From Acutalibacteraceae bacterium (lineage in GTDB: Bacteria; Bacillota; Clostridia; Oscillospirales; Acutalibacteraceae): 64,000 bases of DNA. The notes under the pieces were generated by a model, which was not told where the DNA came from, made no database searches, and saw only the letters and a list, made by a program, of their open reading frames with translations. The position numbers and the translations under genes are program-made. How positions within the stretch are numbered: position 1 is the first letter of the stretch; the number at the start of each line of letters is the position of its first letter. The stretch lies in contig JAZULH010000020.1 in NCBI GenBank assembly GCA_045602985.1, positions 11,610 to 75,609 on the forward strand, in the 5' to 3' direction. Positions 53,319 through 61,636 of this stretch are shown piece by piece.

Positions 53319-53834
53319 ATCAGCAAGGAAAATCAGATCAATGAGGAAATCAGAGATAAAGAAGTCAGAGTTATTTCTGCAGATGGTGGTCAGGTGGGCA
53401 TTATGTCCGCAAAAGAGGCACTTGCTCTTGCAGAAAAAAGTAACCTTGACCTTGTAAAAATCGCCCCCGGCGCCAATCCGCCCGTCTGCAAAATTATGGA
53501 CTACGGTAAGTTCCGTTTTGAGCAGGCAAAGCGCGAGAAGGAAGCCAAGAAAAATCAAAAGGTTATGGAAATCAAAGAAATTCGTCTTTCCATGAACATT
53601 GACACAGGCGACTTTAATACTAAGGTTAACCACGCTATAAAATTCTTGCGTGACGGCAATAAGGTTAAAGTATCCATTCGCTTCAGAGGCAGAGAGATGG
53701 CTCACACAGATAACGGTACAGTTATTATGCAGCGTTTTGCCGAGGCTTGCGCCGAAAACGGTACAGTCGAAAAAGCAGCAAAGCTCGAGGGTCGTCAGAT
53801 GCTTATGTTCCTTGTACCAAAGGCATCAAAGTAA
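53319..53834 (+). CDS. infC: Translation initiation factor IF-3, with non-canonical ATC start
   Basis: In-frame extension of ORF 53394..53834 gives ISKENQINEEIRDKEVRVISADGGQVGIM..., matching the conserved IF-3 N-terminus. AGGAGG lies at 53304-09, about 9 nt before ATC 53319. There is no ATG, GTG or TTG in that interval. Confidence 0.8.
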   Translation: MSKENQINEEIRDKEVRVISADGGQVGIMSAKEALALAEKSNLDLVKIAPGANPPVCKIMDYGKFRFEQAKREKEAKKNQKVMEIKEIRLSMNIDTGDFNTKVNHAIKFLRDGNKVKVSIRFRGREMAHTDNGTVIMQRFAEACAENGTVEKAAKLEGRQMLMFLVPKASK

Positions 53835-53858
53835 TTGCAAAATTAAGGAGGATTTATT

Positions 53859-54056
53859 ATGCCTAAGATTAAAACACACTCAGGCGCTAAAAAGCGTTTC
53901 AAAATGTCCAAGAACGGTAAGCCGATTCGTGCACATGCTAACAAGTCACACATCCTTACAAAGAAGACAACAAAGCGTAAAAGAGGTCTTCGTAAAACTA
54001 ATGTTGCAGACGTTACAAATCAGAAGCAGATTAAACGTCTTGTTCCTTACAAATAA
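53859..54056 (+). CDS. rpmI: 50S ribosomal protein L35
   Basis: [15 protein letters not shown]....GK..R..A.K.H. Confidence 0.95.
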   Translation: MPKIKTHSGAKKRFKMSKNGKPIRAHANKSHILTKKTTKRKRGLRKTNVADVTNQKQIKRLVPYK

Positions 54057-54078
54057 TTAATCACGGAGGTAACTTACA

Positions 54079-54432
54079 ATGGCACGTATAAAAGGCGCGA
54101 TCATGACTCGCAAAAGAAGAAATAAAGTTCTTAAGCTCGCTAAGGGCTACTATGGTTCAAAGAGCAAGCTCTTCAAAACAGCTAAACAGGCTGTAATGAA
54201 AAGCGGTAACTATGCATATATCGGTCGTAAGCAGAAGAAGAGAGATTTCCGTCGTCTTTGGATTACAAGAATTTCTGCTGCTTGCAAGATGAACGGCATC
54301 AACTACTCAACATTTATCAACGGTCTTAAGAAGGCTGGTATTGAGCTTAACAGAAAGATGCTCTCAGAGATTGCTATTGCAGATCCCGAAGGCTTTGCAG
54401 CCCTCGTTGAAAAGGCAAAAGCTGCCCTTTAA
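54079..54432 (+). CDS. rplT: 50S ribosomal protein L20
   Basis: MARIKG....[19 protein letters not shown], and RRLWI.RI.AA. Confidence 0.95.
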   Translation: MARIKGAIMTRKRRNKVLKLAKGYYGSKSKLFKTAKQAVMKSGNYAYIGRKQKKRDFRRLWITRISAACKMNGINYSTFINGLKKAGIELNRKMLSEIAIADPEGFAALVEKAKAAL

Positions 54433-54444
54433 TAATCAATCAGT

Positions 54445-54480
54445 ACGCCCGGCCGATACGGTCGGGCGTTAGATGTTTTT
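54445..54480 (+). terminator. Intrinsic terminator after rplT
   Basis: GC-rich stem acgcccggcc pairs with ggtcgggcgt, followed by TAGATGTTTTT. Confidence 0.8.
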
Positions 54481-54487
54481 AGAGTGA

Positions 54488-55282
54488 GTGATTTTTACGG
54501 AGAAGATTACAAGTAAAAACAATGACCGAATCAAATTTGCGGTCAAAATCAAGGAAAAAGAGAGCTTCAGGCGTAGCGAGGGTCTGTTCCTTATTGAGGG
54601 TGCAAGACTCTGTTGTGATGCGGCATCAAGCGATGTTGCTATAAAAGAGCTTTTTGTTACTGCCGAGGCTTATTCAAAATACGGTGACTATGTGCGTTTG
54701 GTTGAAGATAAGGCTGAGCGTTGCTTTGAGGTATCTCAGGATGTGGCACAAAAGCTTGCTGATACCAAGAGCACTCAAGGTGTTTTCTGCCTGTGTAAAA
54801 TGCTTGACAAAAACACAAATATAGGTAAAATAAAATACAATGGGAAATATATAGCCTTAGAAGATGTTTCTAACCCGTCTAACTTCGGCGCAGTTGTCAG
54901 GACTGCCGAGGCTGTCGGGCTTGAAGGCGTTATAATCAGCGGTGGTTGCGATATGTACAACCCCAAATCCCTGAGAGCGTCAATGGGTTCTGTTTTCAGA
55001 CTCAATGTTATAGAAACAGAAAACCTGCCGGAGTTTTTAAAAGAGCTTGCAGGTGCAGGAATGTCTGTTTATGCAGGTGTACCTGACAGCAATGCGGCAA
55101 AAATAACGCAGGTCAGTATGGATGGTGGTGTTGTTTCCATAATCGGTAACGAGGGTAACGGCATTACTGCTGAAACTATGGATGCTGCAACAAGGCTTGT
55201 TACAATCCCTATGAAGGGTAGAGCAGAGTCCCTTAATGCTGCTGCAGCTGCTTCAATTATGATTTGGGAAATGATGAGATGA
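54488..55282 (+). CDS. TrmH/SpoU-family RNA 2'-O-methyltransferase
   Basis: The SPOUT motifs are present: NPSNFGAVVRTAEA, IGNEGNGI and SLNAAAAASI. A GTG start is assumed. Confidence 0.8.
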   Translation: MIFTEKITSKNNDRIKFAVKIKEKESFRRSEGLFLIEGARLCCDAASSDVAIKELFVTAEAYSKYGDYVRLVEDKAERCFEVSQDVAQKLADTKSTQGVFCLCKMLDKNTNIGKIKYNGKYIALEDVSNPSNFGAVVRTAEAVGLEGVIISGGCDMYNPKSLRASMGSVFRLNVIETENLPEFLKELAGAGMSVYAGVPDSNAAKITQVSMDGGVVSIIGNEGNGITAETMDAATRLVTIPMKGRAESLNAAAAASIMIWEMMR

Positions 55283-56490
55283 GTGTTTGTCCTGTTGAAT
55301 ATTGGATATGGCTACAAACTGCATTGGGTCCGGGTGCGCGTACTGATGAAATACTCGCTTATTTTAAAACACCGGAAAGGCTCTATCTTGCAGGGTCAGA
55401 TGAGTGGCGCTTGTCAGGTCTTTTTACTCCCAAAAAGATTGAAGCGCTGAAAATGAGCACCCCATCGGAAACGGGCAGGATTTTAAATGAGTGTAACCGT
55501 AGGGGTTACACTATAATCACTCCCGATTCAGTTTTTTATCCCGAAAGATTTAAGATGCTGGCAGATATGCCATTGGTTATATACGGGTCAGGCGATTGTT
55601 CCGTTATTAAGGATGAGGTCTGTATAGGCGTTGTCGGCACACGTGATGCAAGCACATACGGAATTGAAACTGCCCAAAAGCTTTCCTTCAGGTTGGCACA
55701 GGCAGGTGCTACTGTGGTAAGTGGCGGTGCCTTGGGTATTGATAGTGAGGCACACGCAGGTGCAATGCTGGCAAAAGGCAGAACAATGGCTTTTCTGGGT
55801 TGCGGTTTGTCCTACGACTATCTGAAGGAGAATGCCTCTCTCAGGCGTGCGATTACACGTTACGGTGCTCTATTCAGCGAATATCAGCCCTTTGCAGCTC
55901 CGTCAAGGACAACCTTCCCCATAAGGAACCGATTAATTTCAGGCGTTTCTTTGGGCGTTGTTGTTATTGAAGCAGGTGTTAAGAGCGGTTCCCTTATAAC
56001 GGCTAATAAGGCGTTGGATCAGGGCAAGGATGTTTTTGCAGTACCCGGTGATATTGTGCGCTCATCCTTTGATGGTGCCAATCACCTTATTCAAAATGGT
56101 GCCAAGCCTGTTTTTTCGGCGGCAGACATTCTGTGTGAATATACAAACATCTACGGCGATGTCATTGATATGGATAAGGCACGTGAGCCTGTGTCTGCAG
56201 TGGAATATGTGGAGTACCGCAAAGGTACATCGGGCAATACCTCTAAAAACCGACCTGAGCCTAATTCTCCAAAACAGAAGGTGCAGCCGGCAGAAAGAGC
56301 TCCCTTGGGCGATGACGTTTCTGCAGATGCAAAAATTGTTTACAGTGTATTAAGTGAAGCGCCTGTGCATATTGATGATATCGTAAGGGCAACAGGTTTA
56401 AAAATGAATATTGTACTCTCGTCATTGACAGAGCTTGAGCTTAACGGCGTTGCAGAACTGACGAGCGGTAAAAATTATAAATTAATCTAA
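55279..56490 (+). CDS. dprA: DNA processing protein DprA (Smf)
   Basis: VVGTRDAS.YG, VVSGGA.GIDS.AH, FP.RNR.ISG, and a C-terminal winged-helix tail. ATGA overlap with the upstream stop. Confidence 0.9.
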   Translation: MSVCPVEYWIWLQTALGPGARTDEILAYFKTPERLYLAGSDEWRLSGLFTPKKIEALKMSTPSETGRILNECNRRGYTIITPDSVFYPERFKMLADMPLVIYGSGDCSVIKDEVCIGVVGTRDASTYGIETAQKLSFRLAQAGATVVSGGALGIDSEAHAGAMLAKGRTMAFLGCGLSYDYLKENASLRRAITRYGALFSEYQPFAAPSRTTFPIRNRLISGVSLGVVVIEAGVKSGSLITANKALDQGKDVFAVPGDIVRSSFDGANHLIQNGAKPVFSAADILCEYTNIYGDVIDMDKAREPVSAVEYVEYRKGTSGNTSKNRPEPNSPKQKVQPAERAPLGDDVSADAKIVYSVLSEAPVHIDDIVRATGLKMNIVLSSLTELELNGVAELTSGKNYKLI

Positions 56491-56522
56491 TTCTCATTTG
56501 TTTATCGGAAAGGATGAATGAA

Positions 56523-58631
56523 ATGTCAAAACTTGTTATTGTTGACTCGCCTGCAAAGGCTAAAACAATCAAAAAGTATTTGGGTAATGACTATGATGTT
56601 GTTGCTTCTATGGGTCATGTAAGGGATTTGCCTGCGGCAAAGCTCAGCGTTGACGTAAAGAATGATTTTGCCCCCAAATATGCAATTATTAAGGGAAAGG
56701 AAAAGCTTGTCAAAGACCTTAAGGATAAGGTTCAGAACAGCGATGCAGTATATCTTGCAACTGACCCGGACCGTGAAGGAGAGGCAATTTCATGGCACCT
56801 TGCCACCATACTTGAGCTTGACCTTAAAAGCAAGAACAGGGTAAAATTTAACGAGATTAATGAAACAAGTGTTAAACGCGGAATCAGTAACCCGGAGGTT
56901 GTTGATATGGGCCTTGTTGATGCTCAGCAGGCTCGCCGCATTCTTGACAGACTTGTAGGCTACAGACTCAGTCCCTTTATTTCACAAAAAATCCGTCGAG
57001 GTCTTTCTGCAGGCCGTGTACAGAGCGTGGCGGTTCGTCTTATTGTTGACCGCGAGGAGGAAATTGCAAAATTTGTTCCCGAGGAGTATTGGTCAATCGA
57101 CGCAAAATTTATTTCCAACAGAAGAACCTTCGGTGCCGCCCTCACAGGTGATGCGAACGGTAAGGTTAAAATAGAGAATAAAGAGCAGGCTGACAGCTAT
57201 CTTGCGTGTCTTGACGGTGCAACATATACTGCAGATTCTGTTAAGAAGGGCACACGTAAAAAGCAGCCTTCACCACCCTTTATTACATCCTCAATGCAAC
57301 AGGATGCTTCAAGAAAGCTTAACTTCCAGGCACAAAAGACAATGAAGCTTGCTCAGGAGCTTTACGAAGGTGTTGAGGTTGAGGGTTACGGTGCAACAGG
57401 TCTTATTACCTATATGAGAACCGACTCTCTCCGCATTTCTGAAGAGGCACGTGCTGCTGCAAATCAGTTTATAACAGAAACCTACGGCAGTAAGTACCTT
57501 CCCGATAAACCGCGTTACTTCAAAACCCGTGCTAACGCACAGGACGGTCACGAGGCTATCAGACCTACAAATGTGGCTATAACACCTGCAATTGCCAAGA
57601 AAAGCCTTTCTAACGACCAGTATAAGCTTTATAACCTTATCTGGTGCCGTTATGTAGCAAGCCTTATGGCACCCTGTGTTCAGGATACCGTAAAGGTGGA
57701 AATCAAGGCTGAAAAAGCAGGCACAGATGGTTTTTGTATGTTCTCTGCAAGCGGTTATTCCATAAAGTTTGATGGTTTTACAGCCCTTTACGAGGATGCT
57801 GTTGAGGACGGTGACGGCGAAAGCGCAATCCCTGAGCTTAAAGCAGGTGATGTCCTTAAGCTTAAGGACCTTAAAGGTAATCAGCACTTTACTCAGCCTC
57901 CTGCACATTATACTGAGGCTTCGCTTATTAAAACATTGGAGGAAACAGGTGTCGGACGTCCCAGCACATACGCATCAATTGTAAGCACCATTATTAAGCG
58001 TGAGTATGTAAAGCGTGAAAGCAAGCTCCTTAAGGCTACTGAGCTTGGTTGTGCTACAACATCACTTCTTAAAGAGCGTTTTCCAAAAATTGTTAATACA
58101 AAATTCACCGCATCGATGGAAACAAAGCTTGATGAAATTGATAACGGAGAATGTAACTATAAGGAAATGCTCCACGAGTTCTATGATGGGCTTGAAGGCA
58201 CACTCGCAAAGGCAAAAAATGAAATGCAGGGTCAGAAAATCCAGCTTCAGGAGGATATTACTGACGTTAAGTGCGAAAAATGCGGCAGAAATATGGTTGT
58301 AAAAACAGGTAGGTTCGGTAAATTCCTTGCTTGCCCCGGTTACCCCGAGTGCAAGACAACCAAGCCCCTTGTTGAGGAAACAAATGCAACCTGCCCTGAG
58401 TGCGGTGGTAAGGTTATCGGTAAAAAATCAAAGCGTGGTTTCCAGTTCTATGGCTGTGATAACTATCCCAACTGCAACTTTATGACCTGGGATAAGCCAA
58501 CAGGTGAAAATTGTCCCAAATGCGGTAAATCACTCTTCAAGGGCAAGGGCGGTATTATAAACTGTCCCGACGAAAATTGCGGATATTCATTTAAAGCACC
58601 CCGCAAAAATGCAAAGAAAACACAGGATTAA
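56523..58631 (+). CDS. topA: DNA topoisomerase I
   Basis: TOPRIM region LVIVDSPAKAKTI..YLG, ATDPDREGEAI, the active-site region ITYMRTDS, and C-terminal CxxC zinc ribbons. Confidence 0.95.
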   Translation: MSKLVIVDSPAKAKTIKKYLGNDYDVVASMGHVRDLPAAKLSVDVKNDFAPKYAIIKGKEKLVKDLKDKVQNSDAVYLATDPDREGEAISWHLATILELDLKSKNRVKFNEINETSVKRGISNPEVVDMGLVDAQQARRILDRLVGYRLSPFISQKIRRGLSAGRVQSVAVRLIVDREEEIAKFVPEEYWSIDAKFISNRRTFGAALTGDANGKVKIENKEQADSYLACLDGATYTADSVKKGTRKKQPSPPFITSSMQQDASRKLNFQAQKTMKLAQELYEGVEVEGYGATGLITYMRTDSLRISEEARAAANQFITETYGSKYLPDKPRYFKTRANAQDGHEAIRPTNVAITPAIAKKSLSNDQYKLYNLIWCRYVASLMAPCVQDTVKVEIKAEKAGTDGFCMFSASGYSIKFDGFTALYEDAVEDGDGESAIPELKAGDVLKLKDLKGNQHFTQPPAHYTEASLIKTLEETGVGRPSTYASIVSTIIKREYVKRESKLLKATELGCATTSLLKERFPKIVNTKFTASMETKLDEIDNGECNYKEMLHEFYDGLEGTLAKAKNEMQGQKIQLQEDITDVKCEKCGRNMVVKTGRFGKFLACPGYPECKTTKPLVEETNATCPECGGKVIGKKSKRGFQFYGCDNYPNCNFMTWDKPTGENCPKCGKSLFKGKGGIINCPDENCGYSFKAPRKNAKKTQD

Positions 58632-59947
58632 TGATAATGGATAATAAAAAAGCTGTTGTAATCGGCGGTGGTCTTGCAGGTGTTGAGGCTGCAAAGCAGC
58701 TAAGTAAACGCGGTGTTAAGGTTACGCTTTATGAAATGAAGCCTCAGCGTTTTTCACCTGCCCATAAGACCGAGCAGTTGGCGGAGCTTGTATGCTCAAA
58801 CTCTCTAAAGGCAGAACGTCTCGGCTCTGCCGCAGGACTGCTCAAGGCAGAAATGCGATTGTTTGACTCTGTGTGCCTTAAGGCGGCAGATGTGGCTAAG
58901 GTTCCCGCAGGCGGAGCTCTTGCCGTTGACAGGGATGTTTTTTCAAAAGAGATTACAAAGGCAATCGAAGAGGATGAAAATATAACCCTTATACGCCGTG
59001 AGGTGACAGACATACCGCAGGATTGTGTTGTAGTTGTGGCGGCAGGGCCTCTGATGTCGGATGCATTAGCGAAAAGTGTGTCGGATATTTGCGGCAAAGG
59101 ATTTTTGTCGTTTTATGATGCCGCTGCTCCGATTGTTACTGCAGAAAGCATAGATATGGAAAATGCTTTTACACAATCCCGTTATGACCGCGGCGGTGAG
59201 GATGACTATATTAACTGTCCTCTTGATAAGGCACAGTACGAGGAGTTTTATGATGCTCTTATAAATGCAGAAAGTGCAGAGCTCCACTCTTTTGATAAGC
59301 GCAGGGATGTTTACGAGGGATGCATGCCTATTGAGGTTCTTGCTTCTCGCGGGAAAGATGCAATGCGTTACGGACCGCTTAAGCCTGTGGGTCTTACAAA
59401 CCCCAAGACAGGTCACAGACCATGGGCAAATCTTCAACTGCGCAAGGAAAATAAGGATGGAACAATGTACAATCTTGTTGGCTTTCAGACCAATCTTAAA
59501 TTCCCTGAGCAGAAAAGAGTTTTTTCGATGTTTCCTGCATTAAAAAATGCAGAGTTTGTGCGCTACGGTGTTATGCACAGAAATACATTTCTTAATTCAC
59601 CGGGTCTGTTATCATACGATTTCAGCCTGAAAAAGAGCCCCAATATATATTTTGCAGGTCAGATTTCAGGTGTTGAAGGTTATATGGAGTCTGCATCATC
59701 AGGAATTCTTGCGGGTTATAATGCTGCAAGACACATTTTTGGTGAGGAACCGATTCTTCTTCCGAAAATTACTATGATGGGTGCACTTTCTCAGTATATA
59801 TGCGATGAAACAGTGAAGAATTTTCAGCCAATGGGTGCCGCCTTCGGTATAATTGACCCCTTGGATGAAAAAATCAGAGATAAAAAAGAGCGCTATCAGG
59901 CGCTGGCAGACAGAAGTATAGAGTACTTCAAAACAATAAAGTTATAA
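58631..59947 (+). CDS. trmFO: Methylenetetrahydrofolate-tRNA-(uracil54-C5)-methyltransferase TrmFO
   Basis: VIGGGLAGVEAA, the ELVCSNS motif, and GQI.GVEGY.ES. It is in the conserved position after topA. Confidence 0.95.
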   Translation: MIMDNKKAVVIGGGLAGVEAAKQLSKRGVKVTLYEMKPQRFSPAHKTEQLAELVCSNSLKAERLGSAAGLLKAEMRLFDSVCLKAADVAKVPAGGALAVDRDVFSKEITKAIEEDENITLIRREVTDIPQDCVVVVAAGPLMSDALAKSVSDICGKGFLSFYDAAAPIVTAESIDMENAFTQSRYDRGGEDDYINCPLDKAQYEEFYDALINAESAELHSFDKRRDVYEGCMPIEVLASRGKDAMRYGPLKPVGLTNPKTGHRPWANLQLRKENKDGTMYNLVGFQTNLKFPEQKRVFSMFPALKNAEFVRYGVMHRNTFLNSPGLLSYDFSLKKSPNIYFAGQISGVEGYMESASSGILAGYNAARHIFGEEPILLPKITMMGALSQYICDETVKNFQPMGAAFGIIDPLDEKIRDKKERYQALADRSIEYFKTIKL

Positions 59948-59959
59948 TCCGAGGTAAAT

Positions 59960-60631
59960 ATGGGTATTTCAGAGTTTGAAAAGGTAATCGGTTACGAATT
60001 TAAAAATAAACAGCTTCTCGAAACAGCACTTACACACTCCTCATACGCTAACGAGAAGAATCTCAAGTATGACAACGAGCGTTTGGAATTTTTGGGTGAT
60101 TCTGTTCTTGGGTTTGTTACTGCCGAGTATCTTTTTTCACAGTTTGAGGCACGTCCGGAGGGCGAGCTTACTAAATTGCGCGCCGCAACCGTATGTGAAA
60201 AGTCACTTTTTAAATTTGCTGAAAAAATTTCATTAGGAAATTATATTTTTATGGGTAAGGGTGAGGAACATTCCGGCGGAAGAAACAGACCGTCAATTGT
60301 TTCCGATGCTTTTGAGGCAGTTATTGCCGCTATGTATCTTGATGGCGGTATTGATGTAGTCCGCCCATATATACTCGGTTTTATTTCCGAAGCAGTCAAG
60401 CGCGAAGCCAGCTTCAAGGATAACAAATCCCTCCTTCAGGAAGAAATACAGAAAAATAAGGGTAGTTCCATTGTTTATGAGGAGCTGGATGAATCAGGTC
60501 CTGACCATCAGAAGGTATTTACATTTGCCGTAAAAATAAACGGTGAAGTTGCAGGCACAGGTGAGGGCAGGAGTAAAAAGGAAGCCGAGCAGGCTGCGGC
60601 AGGTAATGCCCTTTTGAATCTAAAAAAATGA
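59960..60631 (+). CDS. rnc: Ribonuclease III
   Basis: The RNase III signature is NERLEFLGDSVL. The C-terminal dsRBD has KKEAEQ.AA..AL. Confidence 0.95.
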   Translation: MGISEFEKVIGYEFKNKQLLETALTHSSYANEKNLKYDNERLEFLGDSVLGFVTAEYLFSQFEARPEGELTKLRAATVCEKSLFKFAEKISLGNYIFMGKGEEHSGGRNRPSIVSDAFEAVIAAMYLDGGIDVVRPYILGFISEAVKREASFKDNKSLLQEEIQKNKGSSIVYEELDESGPDHQKVFTFAVKINGEVAGTGEGRSKKEAEQAAAGNALLNLKK

Positions 60632-61629
60632 AGCACGCCAATATTTCAATATTTGTACCGCATCTGGGGTGTCCGCACCAATGTTCCTTCTGCAACCAGA
60701 GAACAATATCGGGAACTGTTAAGGCACTTACTCCCCAAGAGGTTACAAAAACTCTGGAGCAGGCGGTTTGTGACGGACTGAATCCCCAAAACACGGAGGT
60801 TGCCTTTTTTGGCGGCAGTTTTACAGCCATTGAGAGTGAATATATGGTTTCCCTCCTTGAGGCAGCGTATCCTTTTGTTGAAAAAGGTCATTTTTGCGGA
60901 ATACGTATATCAACAAGACCTGATGCAATTGATGAAAATATACTAAGTATTCTGAAGAGGTATGGAGTAACCTCTATTGAATTGGGTGCACAGAGTACAG
61001 ACCCCGATGTTTTACAAAAAAACAGACGCGGTCACACTCGTGATGATATATTTAAGTCATCGGAGCTTATAAAAAAATCGGGTTTTTCCTTAGGATTGCA
61101 AATGATGACGGGTCTTTACGCCGATACAGATGAAAAGGCACTTAAAACCTGTCAGGATATAATCTCCCTGAAGCCTGATACTGTGCGCATATATCCCACA
61201 ATAGTCCTCGAAGGGACACACCTTGCCGAGCTTTATAAAGCAGGTGAGTACAAGCCTCAGAGTCTTGATGAGGCGGTATCTCTTTGCGGCAAATTGCTCG
61301 GTCTCTTTTATGACAATAACATCACGGTAATCCGTTTGGGCTTACACTCGGGCGGTAATGTGGAGGAGGGGTACGTAGCAGGCCCCTATCACCCTTCATT
61401 CGGTGAGCTGTGTCAATCGGCTGTTTATTTTGATTGCGCTGTAAAGTCGCTTGAAAAAATAAATTCCGAAAATAAAAATATAACCCTTTATGTCAACCCC
61501 TCGGAAATATCAAAAATGATAGGTCAGAAGGGTGTGAACAAGAAAAAACTGCAGGCTATGGGCTACATAGTAACCGTAAAGGGCGATAAATCAGTAAATA
61601 AGTATGAAATTAAAGTAGACGAAAGGTAG
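60628..61629 (+). CDS. Radical SAM protein (ELP3/HemN-like family) conserved between rnc and smc
   Basis: CPHQCSFCNQ (CX3CX2C) at the N-terminus and FFGGSFT. ATGA overlap with rnc. Confidence 0.85.
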   Translation: MKHANISIFVPHLGCPHQCSFCNQRTISGTVKALTPQEVTKTLEQAVCDGLNPQNTEVAFFGGSFTAIESEYMVSLLEAAYPFVEKGHFCGIRISTRPDAIDENILSILKRYGVTSIELGAQSTDPDVLQKNRRGHTRDDIFKSSELIKKSGFSLGLQMMTGLYADTDEKALKTCQDIISLKPDTVRIYPTIVLEGTHLAELYKAGEYKPQSLDEAVSLCGKLLGLFYDNNITVIRLGLHSGGNVEEGYVAGPYHPSFGELCQSAVYFDCAVKSLEKINSENKNITLYVNPSEISKMIGQKGVNKKKLQAMGYIVTVKGDKSVNKYEIKVDER

Positions 61630-61636
61630 AGAGTGT

